64,000 nt of DNA from a virus (IMGVR_UViG_3300005841_000939), one strand, 5' to 3'. Counted from the stretch's first letter, positions 9,008-18,798 are shown. Numbers and translations: made by a program. Notes: generated by a model from the letters alone, not told the origin.

Positions 9008-10411
9008 TTAACGTTCAACCTCGATGATATACTTAATGCTGTACTGATCAACAGTATAGACGATGAATTCGTCAAACGCCAATGAACGATATGAACCACC
9101 ATGCCCAGGCTTACCCCACGTTGAATCAAAACCTCCACGACGGGCTTCCTCGCGTTCACCACCATCGCCATAAGGCTTGATCAACTGCTTACCGAGTTTT
9201 GCATCAAGCACGAACAGGAAGCAATTGGTGGTATTTCGCTGATTCGGAAATGACAGCACGCTGTAATTCAGGCTCTTGGTACTGTGCGAAGCAGCATAGA
9301 GGCCTTTACCGAATGCATAGCCAGTCATGGGAGCTTCGGGAGGAGCGATTTTCAAACCACTCTTCAAGATACCGACGATGTTTGAATTACGGCTTCCATG
9401 CCACAATTCAGCCGGAGTTCCAAGCTTACACGCCTCAAAACGAGCACGTTCCGAAGGAATTACGACCTTGAGGATGTTCTTGACCTTGGTATTTACGTAG
9501 TGCGAATTGCCCTTAGTGGCTTGAACTTTCTTATCAAGACGAATCCATTCAGGATCAGTCTTTTCAAGATAGGAAAGCTGCACACCAAGTTCCTGATATT
9601 TCACCGCAGCACCAGAGACATACGAAGAACCGCCGACTTCAAGCGCATCATCCATCATTTGGAGGAGATCGAACTTGGTATCAACGATTTCGAGGGTGCT
9701 GAGAAGATCCGAATCCAGGATCTTTCTGCCGAGCTTGGTTGGAATGTGCGAATAGAACGCACTGGTCAGGATCTTGATTTGATCATCATCCTTTTTCTTG
9801 ATGGCTTTTGTCAAGTCACCAAGCACATCGCGACCTTTGGCGATTTGTGCGAATGTGAGGATACCAAGTGGAGTCTTCAAACCTTCACTGGTAATTTCAA
9901 TTGCAGAGTTGGATTGAATTGCGTTTGAGGAATCTGCAAACCACTGTTCGATAAGACGCTCCACAGTAGAATGGAGGACGACAGCCGGAGTCTTGGGATC
10001 CTTGGATTCGGTAATCTTCTTCTTTTTATCAGCCGGAACCTCAGCAGAATCAACACCCCAGCTTTTTTCACGCGCTTTGAGGGTGCCAACCGTGGGCTTG
10101 ACGAACTTGATTTCCTTGTACTTCTTTTCGCGAATCTTTTCCTTGCACTTGGATTCATATTCCGAGCGCATGTCTTGCTCATCGGAAGGTCCATAGTAAT
10201 CAAGGACACCATTATCGCCAACACGGCCATAATGGCACATGACCAGCCATTGACCATTTTTCAGCTTCAGGAGTTCAGCGGAGAAGTACTTGTTGTTATT
10301 GGCGATAGCATCCGTCTGATTACCGACGCGATGGGCGATCACCTCATATCCGGGAAAAGCAGCCTCCACACCTTCAAGGCCATCTTTGAACTTAACTGCT
10401 TTCCAAGCCAT
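9008..10411 (-). CDS. Poly(ADP-ribose) polymerase-like protein: WGR + helical regulatory + catalytic domains
   Basis: WGR-like HYGRVGDNG; regulatory FYSHIPTKLG...DLLQMMDD; catalytic LWHGSRNSNIVGILKSGLKIAPPEAPMTGYAFGKGLYAA...SLNY...FDEFIVY, matching PARP1 WHGS/GKGIYFA/YNEYIVY; GGAG RBS. Confidence 0.9.
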   Translation of the reverse strand: MAWKAVKFKDGLEGVEAAFPGYEVIAHRVGNQTDAIANNNKYFSAELLKLKNGQWLVMCHYGRVGDNGVLDYYGPSDEQDMRSEYESKCKEKIREKKYKEIKFVKPTVGTLKAREKSWGVDSAEVPADKKKKITESKDPKTPAVVLHSTVERLIEQWFADSSNAIQSNSAIEITSEGLKTPLGILTFAQIAKGRDVLGDLTKAIKKKDDDQIKILTSAFYSHIPTKLGRKILDSDLLSTLEIVDTKFDLLQMMDDALEVGGSSYVSGAAVKYQELGVQLSYLEKTDPEWIRLDKKVQATKGNSHYVNTKVKNILKVVIPSERARFEACKLGTPAELWHGSRNSNIVGILKSGLKIAPPEAPMTGYAFGKGLYAASHSTKSLNYSVLSFPNQRNTTNCFLFVLDAKLGKQLIKPYGDGGEREEARRGGFDSTWGKPGHGGSYRSLAFDEFIVYTVDQYSIKYIIEVER

Positions 10412-10456
10412 GATTTGCTCTCCGTGGCGTTGAATTTAATGATATAAGGTGATATG

Positions 10457-10738
10457 TCAAGCAAATAAATCTGTGATTGGCTCATCATTTGCAAGTTCAG
10501 CAAGGAAATCACAATGACATGATTGAGGAGAACACCAACATCCCAGGATCTTACCCTTTAATTCTGGAATTTTTGCCATCAATTCTTTATTTTGCAAAAG
10601 CCATTCGCGATGTTTTTTTATGACTTCTGTGCGATTGCCATCTTTACCAATCACAAAAGGATTTCCCCAAATAGAAGGTCGTCCACAATAAACATCATAT
10701 TTTTGATGCTTACAGTGGACGACCATCGGATGTCCCAT
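10457..10738 (-). CDS. DUF4326 family protein
   Basis: VVHCK...DVYCGRPSIWGNPF...LKGKILGCWCSPQSCHCDFL signature. Confidence 0.8.
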   Translation of the reverse strand: MGHPMVVHCKHQKYDVYCGRPSIWGNPFVIGKDGNRTEVIKKHREWLLQNKELMAKIPELKGKILGCWCSPQSCHCDFLAELANDEPITDLFA

Positions 10739-10741
10739 ATT

Positions 10742-12415
10742 TTACTTCAAGTCAGATTTAAGATTAATAGCTGCAACCAATGATTCTCCATCAACAGCGC
10801 GATTATCTTCTTTGCAAATACATTGGGTTAGACGTATTGCATTTTTAATTTCACGGCCATTCATATCAACCTTACTGAGTACTGCAATTGACTTTTCATC
10901 AATTTCCAATTCAGCAGCTTTGAGTAAATTCACCCAAACTTTTTGACGTGCAACATCATCAAGTGCATCATATTTAATAGTCAATGTGATACGACTGTGG
11001 AAAGCTTGATCAAGATTCTTGGCACGATTAGTTGTCAAGAAAATGATTCCTTGATGATATTCAAGTAGACGCAAGAAAATACTGACAAGAGCATTTCTTT
11101 CAATGTCATTGGCTGTTCTCTCTTCAAGGAAAAGATCAGCTTCATCAATCAATAGCACAGCATTCCATGATGAAACAATGTCAAGAACTTGAGTCAAATT
11201 TTCTTCAAGTTCTTTTGCATTTGTACCAAGTTCACCTACAGTGATTGGATACAAAGGACGCTTGAGATAATCTGCGACTGTTTCAGCAGTCAATGTCTTA
11301 CCAACACCTGGTGTACCATGCAGAAGGAAGATACAACCGCCACTCTTTTCAGCAATAATATCCTTGAAAGAACTATTATAGTGAGTGATCAATGATTTGA
11401 TAACCTTTTTCTTTTCAGGATCAAGAACAATTTTATCAAAATTCAATGGATTAAATTGAAATTCTGAAACTTGTTCAATGTTGATTAAACCCCAATCTTT
11501 TAACTTGTAACTGAAAGCTTCAATCCAAGGAATAATCATCCAACGTGAATCTTCAGAGATGTTCTTAATAACAGTTGAATCATCACTTGCTTGTCCGCGA
11601 GAAGAAATTTTGTCAAACCCAACCTTATCAATTTGAACTTTTTTACCAGCATTTCTGAAACGATCACCAAACCAGCTTTTGAAAAGCATTTCACCTGAAT
11701 ATGAAACATAATGATTGCCAATGCAATACTTTTCAAGTTTCAACCCTCTTTCATTGAGGTTATCTTTTTCTTCTGGTGAGAGGAATTGTACTGGTAATTC
11801 GTTTGGAGACACATTTCCCTTGAAAAGTGGTATTTCAACTTCTCCATTGGTTTCTAGGAAAGTTTTTCCATTGGAACCAATATTCTTGTAACTAATAACA
11901 AATCTTGTTCCACCCCAACCTGCAGCAACATGAGTTGATGTAATAATTCCACCACACTTCAAACCACTTTGCAAGAATACAATTTCTTTATCCTCTTTAA
12001 ACAAATATGGCAACAAGAAAAAACTTATCTTGTTCATTGAAGTAATATCTTGAATCAACTTATCACGATATTTGCCACATTCAGCAAAGAATGATTTGCA
12101 ATCAGGATATGATGATGTTTGAACGTTTTGAAAATCGTCTACATCAGAGAAAATTTCATAAATTGGAATTTTATAAATTTCTCTTTTTTTATATAAGGTT
12201 TCAAAACTGCAAACTTCACGAAGACGTGAAATTAATTTTGCATTTGAAACTACTGCATATGGAACGCCTTCATGAGTTTCAAATATAAAAGATTCTGTTT
12301 TTGCAGTTTCTTTAGATTTTGAAACCTTCTTTACTGCTTTCTTCGCAGGTACAGGCTTAACAGGTGCAGTGTTGGCTACTAATTTTTTTAAAGATGGTTT
12401 TGGCATATGCGCCAA
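10742..12415 (-). CDS. AAA+ ATPase
   Basis: Walker A GTPGVGKT, Walker B LLIDEAD, sensor TTNR and the AFHSRI arginine finger. The LLHG.PG.GKTLTAE/FLRLLEY style resembles a family common in fungi and some bacteria and viruses. Confidence 0.88.
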   Translation of the reverse strand: MAHMPKPSLKKLVANTAPVKPVPAKKAVKKVSKSKETAKTESFIFETHEGVPYAVVSNAKLISRLREVCSFETLYKKREIYKIPIYEIFSDVDDFQNVQTSSYPDCKSFFAECGKYRDKLIQDITSMNKISFFLLPYLFKEDKEIVFLQSGLKCGGIITSTHVAAGWGGTRFVISYKNIGSNGKTFLETNGEVEIPLFKGNVSPNELPVQFLSPEEKDNLNERGLKLEKYCIGNHYVSYSGEMLFKSWFGDRFRNAGKKVQIDKVGFDKISSRGQASDDSTVIKNISEDSRWMIIPWIEAFSYKLKDWGLINIEQVSEFQFNPLNFDKIVLDPEKKKVIKSLITHYNSSFKDIIAEKSGGCIFLLHGTPGVGKTLTAETVADYLKRPLYPITVGELGTNAKELEENLTQVLDIVSSWNAVLLIDEADLFLEERTANDIERNALVSIFLRLLEYHQGIIFLTTNRAKNLDQAFHSRITLTIKYDALDDVARQKVWVNLLKAAELEIDEKSIAVLSKVDMNGREIKNAIRLTQCICKEDNRAVDGESLVAAINLKSDLK

Positions 12416-12444
12416 ATCATACTTTCACCTATCGCATTTGAAAG

Positions 12445-15400
12445 TTATTTTTTCAAATACGAAACCTTATCATCTGAGAGTATTTCTTGTGCTTCTGGAT
12501 GTTCCTGACGGAATTTATCAGCAGCACTTTTAAATGTTGGTAGACGGAACACAGCCTTCTTTATCAAAGAATTAAAATTCTTATTTTGACGTTCCAATTC
12601 ACGATCATTCATTCTGTCTTTTTCACTGTAATGTGATGAATCAGGATTTTGTGTTGGTTCAGGCGCTGGTGTATCTACAGATGGTGCAGAAACTTCTGAT
12701 TGACCTACAGCAGGCTCAGTTGTGTGCGAAGCTGCATCCTTGGCAGTTTTCCAAACATCATAATCATGAACTAAGGTAGCTGATGTTGCTTCTGGAAATT
12801 TTGACAAACCTTGAAGAATTTTTATATTGGAAGCATAAGGAGCAAGTTCCTTCTTTACTTCATCTATCTTTGCAATGATCTTCTTCTTTTTATCAATTTC
12901 AGTTGAACTCTTGAATTGTTTATTTAGGTCTTCAAGTTGTGCTGATAATTGATCAGACATTTTTTTATTACGGACAATGTCTTGAATTGTCTTATCTGTG
13001 AAAACTGCATCTTTATTTTCTGTAGCAGCAGGAACAACTGGTGTTACGTTTTCCAATGGTTCAGCATCAGCAGGAATCTTATCCTTTGAAGGATATAGAC
13101 GATAGTTACCCTTTACCTTTGCTTTTACCCATGCTGGATTGTCTTTGATGAACTTATCTGCTTTGTTACCAAATTTCTTGCCAAAGGAAATAAATTCGCC
13201 ATTGTTCTTGTTGTAATTCTTGAGAATCTTTTCATCAGCAGTATGAATTGCTGTTGGTTCGGCTTCTGGTGCAGGTGGCGCTGATACATCAACTGGTGCA
13301 GGAGCGACTGATGTTGGTGCGGCGGGTGCATTCAATTGATCAGGTGTACCTGCGACTGCATTTGCAATATCTGAACTTACAGATTTTGCTGGTTCTTTAG
13401 GATCAGTAACTGGTGCACCTTTAGGAGTTTCAGCATCTTTAGGTTTATCATCTGCAAATGCTTTGAGAATTCTATCAATCTCATCTTTTTCAATTGGTGT
13501 TCCAGGATTTATTTTCTTGATTGGATCTAATGGCTCAGTTTTATGATTTACTTTTGTTGCAGGATACTCACCAGTTTCTGGCTTATCAATAGGCTCAGTT
13601 TCTGCGGGTGTATTCAAATTTACTTTATTGGTTGGTGTAGTATCAACATCATCATTAGGAAATGGACTTTCCTCGCTTGATGCATCGTCCATAGCTTTTT
13701 GAATTGTACCAATAAGATCCTTTGTCTTATTTCCAATCATTTCATCTTTTTTAATCTCTGGTTTTATTTCAGTATCAATTTCTTGCTTGATTTGATCAGC
13801 TTTGTCTTTGTTTGGCTCAAACAATGAAAAGTCATCAGCGTGATGTTTTACAGAATCATATGATTTTTGTTCTGCGGCAACTTCTGCTATGGCTTGATTG
13901 GTATAGTCAATCATTCCACGAAGTTTTTGTACTTCTGGACGCTTTTCAAAACGGGTACCTTGATAGTTTTTGAAATCTGCTTCTAACAACTCTTTTTGCA
14001 ACTTCAGTGATTGCAAACGATATTTGAAGTGCTTATCCAACGCTTTAATCATACGATTAAAAATACGTTCCAATTCTTTTGCATTCTTTTTTGGTGTTGC
14101 TTCAAGTTTAGCATCTGAAATTTTGGAGAAGAGATTTAATGCACCTTCTGCAACCATTTCTGGTTCTTCTTTTTCAGCTTCATCTTGTGAATCATCAATT
14201 TTTGCAAAACTTAAACGCAAATCAGTTTGTTTGACTTCATCATAAATTTCATGTGCTACATCACGATCATGCTCAATTGACGCAATTTGATTATCAAGCT
14301 CACTTACACGCGCATTGTCTTGATCAAGCTCTTGAGCAAATTCAGTAGCAGCTTTATATGCTTCCAATTGTGCATCATATTGTTTGATGACAGAATCCAA
14401 ATATTTAAGAGTCTTACCACGAACAGTCAATCCTGATGTTTTAAGAATCCAATCTTTTGCACCATTGAATTTTTCTTTCCAATCCTCTTCAAGTTGATAA
14501 GAAGGAAGTAATACTTTTTCGCGTTCATCTTCTTGACAATCTGTGCAACCATCTTCACCTGCTTCATTAACAACAATACTTTCAAACATTCTTGAAAGTT
14601 TACTTTCTTGAACACTATTTACTTGACCAGGGGGTTGTGAAACTGGTTTTTTAGTTTCTTCTGAATCACTTGGTTGTGGTGTTGGTGGTTGAGTTGGATC
14701 AGTCGCTTGGGCTGATGAATCGCCTTTCCATTTTGGAACTTTTTTACCATCAGCAGTATCCCAAGTCCATGTATCAAATACACGGAGATGTGTCACTGTA
14801 TTATCAGTCACAATTTCATATGTTTGATAATACAATGGAGCCTCTGTACCCAAGAAATTCGTATTTTCTTTACTAAGACTTTTTCCTGGTGCTGCTTGTG
14901 TATTATATTGATTAATTTGATTGAGTTTTGAACGACAGACTTTTATGACTGCGTTAACATCAAAAAGCAATTGTCCAGAATCAACTTTTGTTTCCAATAC
15001 GATACCGCCAACGGGTTCACCTTTATCAGCATCATAATCTGTTGCTAATTTCTTTGATTCAGACGCATTGGTTGTCCATGATGAAATAACATCTTGTGAA
15101 GCAAAATCTACTTGTGAACCAATTGCAGGAAGATTTTCAAATTGATCGCCACGACGAACTGGAAAACCTTTAAAAATTTTATATTCTTGTGCAAGTCCAA
15201 ATCCAACAAACTTACGGGCAGCAGCCGAACGTGAAAGAACATCTAAAACGTCCATTGTCAAGTCACGCTTTGATTTTGTGCCAGTACCTTTGACAATATC
15301 AGTCACTCTTGAAAGAATGATATTGATTTCACTAGGACGTATTGCCAACAATTGCATGAATTGTTGATCATTCATTTCCACACGTTCCAAGTGTAAATAT

Positions 15401-15462
15401 TGGCTTACTTGCTGAGCCTCAAAAATATTGATAAGGTCCATATTTATAATATCCCGTTCCAT
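12445..15462 (-). CDS. Large acidic, probably virion-internal protein with a possible N-terminal ADP-ribosyltransferase-like domain (alternative start at 15441, MDLINIFEAQ)
   Basis: TATAAATA box immediately upstream; IFE/MFE/VNE motifs; IFKG...ISSWTT...GGIVLE...QTYEIV pattern; long Pro/Asp/Glu/Lys low-complexity C-terminal half. Confidence 0.55.
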   Translation of the reverse strand: MERDIINMDLINIFEAQQVSQYLHLERVEMNDQQFMQLLAIRPSEINIILSRVTDIVKGTGTKSKRDLTMDVLDVLSRSAAARKFVGFGLAQEYKIFKGFPVRRGDQFENLPAIGSQVDFASQDVISSWTTNASESKKLATDYDADKGEPVGGIVLETKVDSGQLLFDVNAVIKVCRSKLNQINQYNTQAAPGKSLSKENTNFLGTEAPLYYQTYEIVTDNTVTHLRVFDTWTWDTADGKKVPKWKGDSSAQATDPTQPPTPQPSDSEETKKPVSQPPGQVNSVQESKLSRMFESIVVNEAGEDGCTDCQEDEREKVLLPSYQLEEDWKEKFNGAKDWILKTSGLTVRGKTLKYLDSVIKQYDAQLEAYKAATEFAQELDQDNARVSELDNQIASIEHDRDVAHEIYDEVKQTDLRLSFAKIDDSQDEAEKEEPEMVAEGALNLFSKISDAKLEATPKKNAKELERIFNRMIKALDKHFKYRLQSLKLQKELLEADFKNYQGTRFEKRPEVQKLRGMIDYTNQAIAEVAAEQKSYDSVKHHADDFSLFEPNKDKADQIKQEIDTEIKPEIKKDEMIGNKTKDLIGTIQKAMDDASSEESPFPNDDVDTTPTNKVNLNTPAETEPIDKPETGEYPATKVNHKTEPLDPIKKINPGTPIEKDEIDRILKAFADDKPKDAETPKGAPVTDPKEPAKSVSSDIANAVAGTPDQLNAPAAPTSVAPAPVDVSAPPAPEAEPTAIHTADEKILKNYNKNNGEFISFGKKFGNKADKFIKDNPAWVKAKVKGNYRLYPSKDKIPADAEPLENVTPVVPAATENKDAVFTDKTIQDIVRNKKMSDQLSAQLEDLNKQFKSSTEIDKKKKIIAKIDEVKKELAPYASNIKILQGLSKFPEATSATLVHDYDVWKTAKDAASHTTEPAVGQSEVSAPSVDTPAPEPTQNPDSSHYSEKDRMNDRELERQNKNFNSLIKKAVFRLPTFKSAADKFRQEHPEAQEILSDDKVSYLKK

Positions 15463-15464
15463 CG

Positions 15465-15472
15465 TATTTATA
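15465..15472 (-). promoter_or_regulatory. T4-late-type promoter TATAAATA (context AAAATATATAAATA)
   Basis: Exact match upstream of 15462/15441. Confidence 0.65.
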
Positions 15473-15505
15473 TATTTTACGATAGTTTATGGATATTATC
15501 AATTT

Positions 15506-15991
15506 TTATCTTGTTCCAGGCTTATATGTAGAAACATCTGGAACTGTCCATCCATGTGGTTGCAATGCAGCATTTACCGCCAAAAATATATCAGTAAATG
15601 AACAAGGTGGTTCACCAATGAATGTATAATCGTGATCATATGGAAGATCATTCCATAATGCTTGCTTTTTAACCATTAGGTATTCATACATTACTGCATT
15701 TTTCCATTTTTCAACAGCAGCAATCAAATCACATACCGGATGGTCTGGATATGCACTTTTCCAATCAACCATCTGAATAAATGCTGGTGGATCATAATAT
15801 GGAGTAATATAACCCCATGCCTCTTCCAATAAAGATTCTTGAATTACTTTCTTTTCAGCAATAACAATCCCTGAAGTATCTTCATTTATAGTGATAACAG
15901 TTGAATTATGTGTTTCTGCAAAACTATTTGCAACAGATTCATCTGAAAATTCAGTAGTTGTTTGGCCAACAGTTACGCTATATTTGATCAT
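15506..15991 (-). CDS. Hypothetical protein, possibly a tail-fibre assembly chaperone
   Basis: Last gene of the fibre cluster; the role is inferred from position only. Confidence 0.45.
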   Translation of the reverse strand: MIKYSVTVGQTTTEFSDESVANSFAETHNSTVITINEDTSGIVIAEKKVIQESLLEEAWGYITPYYDPPAFIQMVDWKSAYPDHPVCDLIAAVEKWKNAVMYEYLMVKKQALWNDLPYDHDYTFIGEPPCSFTDIFLAVNAALQPHGWTVPDVSTYKPGTR

Positions 15992-15999
15992 ACTAGTAA

Positions 16000-17010
16000 T
16001 TATATGCGAGTGGTTACATATTTGTTGTAAAAATAATCAAGATATAGTAAGTTTGCAGTAATACCAAGAGATTTATTGATAATAATACCAATTCCAGTAT
16101 ATCGTCCTGCACCAGTTGGAATGTTTGTTGTTACTGATCCAACAAAAATGTTATCAATATAATAATCAACTCTTGTTCCAGCAGCATTTACATAAATCCA
16201 AAAACTTGAGAATGCAGTTGCTTGTACAACTGTATTTGTTGTTGTTTTTGTTCTTGTACCATTACTTGCTGTACAAATACGCCAGTTAGGGGAAGTTGCA
16301 GTATCATATTCAAAATATGCACCGTCTGTCGGTTCAGCGTTTGTTGTTGAATCTATATATCCAACACGAACTTGATATGTTTGTAAAATTGTTGATAAAG
16401 CACTCAAAGCAAAACGCCAACGTTGGAAGAATTCGCCATAACCAAACAAAATAAGATCAGTACCAAGATTTAAATTAGCTCTTCCTGATAATGTTGTGCC
16501 AGTAGTGAATACAACAACACCATATGCTTTATTTGTAGAATCATAACCGAAGGTTGTTGTAACTGAACTACCTGCAGCAGTACCACTATTTACAGCAGCC
16601 CAACCTAAATCTCCAGCAACAGTTGATGAAATAAAATCATCACGAAATTCACTAATTTTGTTAATTGGATTTACTGCACCATAACAAAGAAAATCTGCAC
16701 CGGTAATGTTGTTGGCTCCGCCACTAACTACAACACTACCAGTAAATAATGCACCACCATCCGCATCCAAATCAGAAATAATTAAACCGTTATAATCTTT
16801 TAATTGAACAAGATTTGCAGATTGACCTGATAATCCAATAACTGAAAAAGGAACTTTTGTCGTGTCAGTAGATGTTATGATGGAACTACTTAACAGAGCA
16901 TTGTCTGATGAGATAGTACCAACAACGGATGGAGCATAAATGCTGGTGGTTACATTTAATGTATCCAATCCGTATATGGTGTTGTCTTGATAGTTAATTT
17001 CTACTGACAT
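16000..17010 (-). CDS. Tail fibre/receptor-binding-like protein with a beta-sandwich (lectin-like) C-terminal domain
   Basis: Thr/Gly/Ser-rich and beta-strand-rich; the N-terminus MSVEINYQD parallels MPIEINNQD of the neighbouring gene. Confidence 0.55.
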   Translation of the reverse strand: MSVEINYQDNTIYGLDTLNVTTSIYAPSVVGTISSDNALLSSSIITSTDTTKVPFSVIGLSGQSANLVQLKDYNGLIISDLDADGGALFTGSVVVSGGANNITGADFLCYGAVNPINKISEFRDDFISSTVAGDLGWAAVNSGTAAGSSVTTTFGYDSTNKAYGVVVFTTGTTLSGRANLNLGTDLILFGYGEFFQRWRFALSALSTILQTYQVRVGYIDSTTNAEPTDGAYFEYDTATSPNWRICTASNGTRTKTTTNTVVQATAFSSFWIYVNAAGTRVDYYIDNIFVGSVTTNIPTGAGRYTGIGIIINKSLGITANLLYLDYFYNKYVTTRI

Positions 17011-17019
17011 ATTATCCTA

Positions 17020-18798
17020 TTATACAGGGAATACTGTGACGTAAACTGCCCAATTAATTGTTTTACCGTTTTGTCCAGTTCCAGTGAATGTCAATGTTTT
17101 TGAAGTATTGTTTGCTGCACATGCACTATCCCATGCAACAGTATCTTCCGCAAGAACAGTCTTTGCAACGTTAACCATTGTAACTGTACCAGCAACGTTT
17201 CTAACTGCACCTTCATATTTGTAACCAGCACTTTCAGACCCTGAGTCTGTTCTACGTGCAAACATATATGCAACGAAACCATATGTTGTATTATTTGGAA
17301 CTACAACACGGTTACTATTCGCAGAATCACCGTTTACAAATAATTCTGTAACTGCATTGGTTGTTGTTGTTGCAGTCAATTTATATTTGTTTGCTGCCAA
17401 GGTATCAAGCGCACTATCTATGTCAACTGGTTGTGGATTCCAGTTTGCACTAATGTTTGGAACATATAAAATACTTCCTGGAGCAACATTCAAATTTCCA
17501 CTGATGTTTACTGCACCAGTAAATATTTTACTTCCAGCAATTACTTCAACACCAGTTTTGTGAACAACGTTAGCATCAAGAGCAAAAGATCCAGTAACAG
17601 ATGTCAATTGTGATAATGTTGCTTGTTGAGAAGCATCAACTACACCGTTTGCAGTAATTTGAGTTTGCAAACTACCAGTGATTGGTGCCAAATAAGCAGC
17701 GTTCAAGAATGAACCTGTTACTGATGTGATTTGCGCCAATGTACTTTGTTGTGCAACATCAACCGCAGTATTAACGTTTATTTGTCCTTGAAGATTAGCA
17801 GATACAGATGCAATCAATGCACTTGTTGCCAATGAACCAGTAATAGATGTCAATTGTGACAAAGTACCTTGTTGGGAAACATCAACAGCTTGAACTGCAG
17901 TAATTTGAGTTTGTAAACTACCTGTAATTGGTGCCAAGTAAGCAGCGTTCAAGAATGAACCTGTTACAGAAGTCAATTGTGATAATGTTGTTTGTTGCGC
18001 ACCAGTAATAGCGGCCAATTGAACAAAGGTTGTTTGTTGTGCGTTATTAACAGTTACAGCACTTGTGATTTGAGTTTGCAAACTACCAGTAATTGGTGCC
18101 AAGTAAGCAGCGTTCAAGAATGAACCTGTTACAGAAGTCAATTGTGATAATGTTGTTTGTTGACCAGCATTAACAGTTACAGCATTTGTAATTTGAGTTT
18201 GGAGATTACCAGTAATTGGTGCCAAGTAAGCAGCGTTCAAGAATGAACCTGTTACTGATGTGATTTGCGCCAATGTACTTTGTTGTGCAACATCAAGAAC
18301 ATTAATTGCTGTAATTTGTGTTTGTAAATTACCAGTCAATGATGCGATTAATGCACTTGTACCAAGAGAACCAGTAATACCTGCAATTTGAGCAAGAGTT
18401 GCTTGTTGTGCAGCATCAGTTGCATTAATAACAGTAATTTGTCCTTGCAAATTACCAGTCAAAGATGCAACCGCAGCACTTGTAATTTCTCCGGCATCTG
18501 AAGCAGACAATGCTTGAATAGCCGCAGATTGTAAAGCGTTTACTGCGCCAATATCTGCGATTTGTGCCGCTTGTGCAGCAGAAATAGAAGCCAATTGTGC
18601 ATTGGTTGCAGGGAAAAGATTACCTTCATGGTAAATCATGTAACTTCCACTTACTGTCGGAGTTACAGGGAAGTTAGGTTGAGCAAAACCAATACTTTGA
18701 ATATTGTTAATGATCAAATTTGCAGCAGAAATAGTATTTGTTGCTACGATGTTATCAAGATAGATTGAACCATCCTGGTTGTTAATCTCTATGGGCAT
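17020..18798 (-). CDS. Tail-fibre-like protein with 41-aa tandem repeats
   Basis: Repeats of LAPITGxLQTQIT...QQxTLxQxTSVTGSFLNAAY; VHKTGVEVIAGSKIF fibre motif. Confidence 0.65.
   Translation of the reverse strand: MPIEINNQDGSIYLDNIVATNTISAANLIINNIQSIGFAQPNFPVTPTVSGSYMIYHEGNLFPATNAQLASISAAQAAQIADIGAVNALQSAAIQALSASDAGEITSAAVASLTGNLQGQITVINATDAAQQATLAQIAGITGSLGTSALIASLTGNLQTQITAINVLDVAQQSTLAQITSVTGSFLNAAYLAPITGNLQTQITNAVTVNAGQQTTLSQLTSVTGSFLNAAYLAPITGSLQTQITSAVTVNNAQQTTFVQLAAITGAQQTTLSQLTSVTGSFLNAAYLAPITGSLQTQITAVQAVDVSQQGTLSQLTSITGSLATSALIASVSANLQGQINVNTAVDVAQQSTLAQITSVTGSFLNAAYLAPITGSLQTQITANGVVDASQQATLSQLTSVTGSFALDANVVHKTGVEVIAGSKIFTGAVNISGNLNVAPGSILYVPNISANWNPQPVDIDSALDTLAANKYKLTATTTTNAVTELFVNGDSANSNRVVVPNNTTYGFVAYMFARRTDSGSESAGYKYEGAVRNVAGTVTMVNVAKTVLAEDTVAWDSACAANNTSKTLTFTGTGQNGKTINWAVYVTVFPV
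17681..18300. repeat. Near-identical coding direct repeats (123-bp unit)
   Basis: The 26-mer GCAGCGTTCAAGAATGAACCTGTTAC occurs at 17696, 17942, 18107 and 18230. The spacings (246, 165 and 123 bp) are all in frame. Confidence 0.85.

Noticed and set aside
9008-12415. Eukaryotic or giant-virus (NCLDV) origin suggested by the PARP and fungal-style AAA ATPase
   Set aside because: Shine-Dalgarno sites, operon-style overlaps, bacterial-type IF-3, TyrRS and tRNAs, PAAR, lipoboxes and T4-type late promoters all indicate a bacteriophage.
17681-18300. Regularly recurring ~26-36 bp identical sequence resembling a CRISPR array
   Set aside because: Spacings are 123-246 bp and in frame, the intervening sequences are themselves homologous, and everything lies inside a fibre ORF. 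No cas genes are present.
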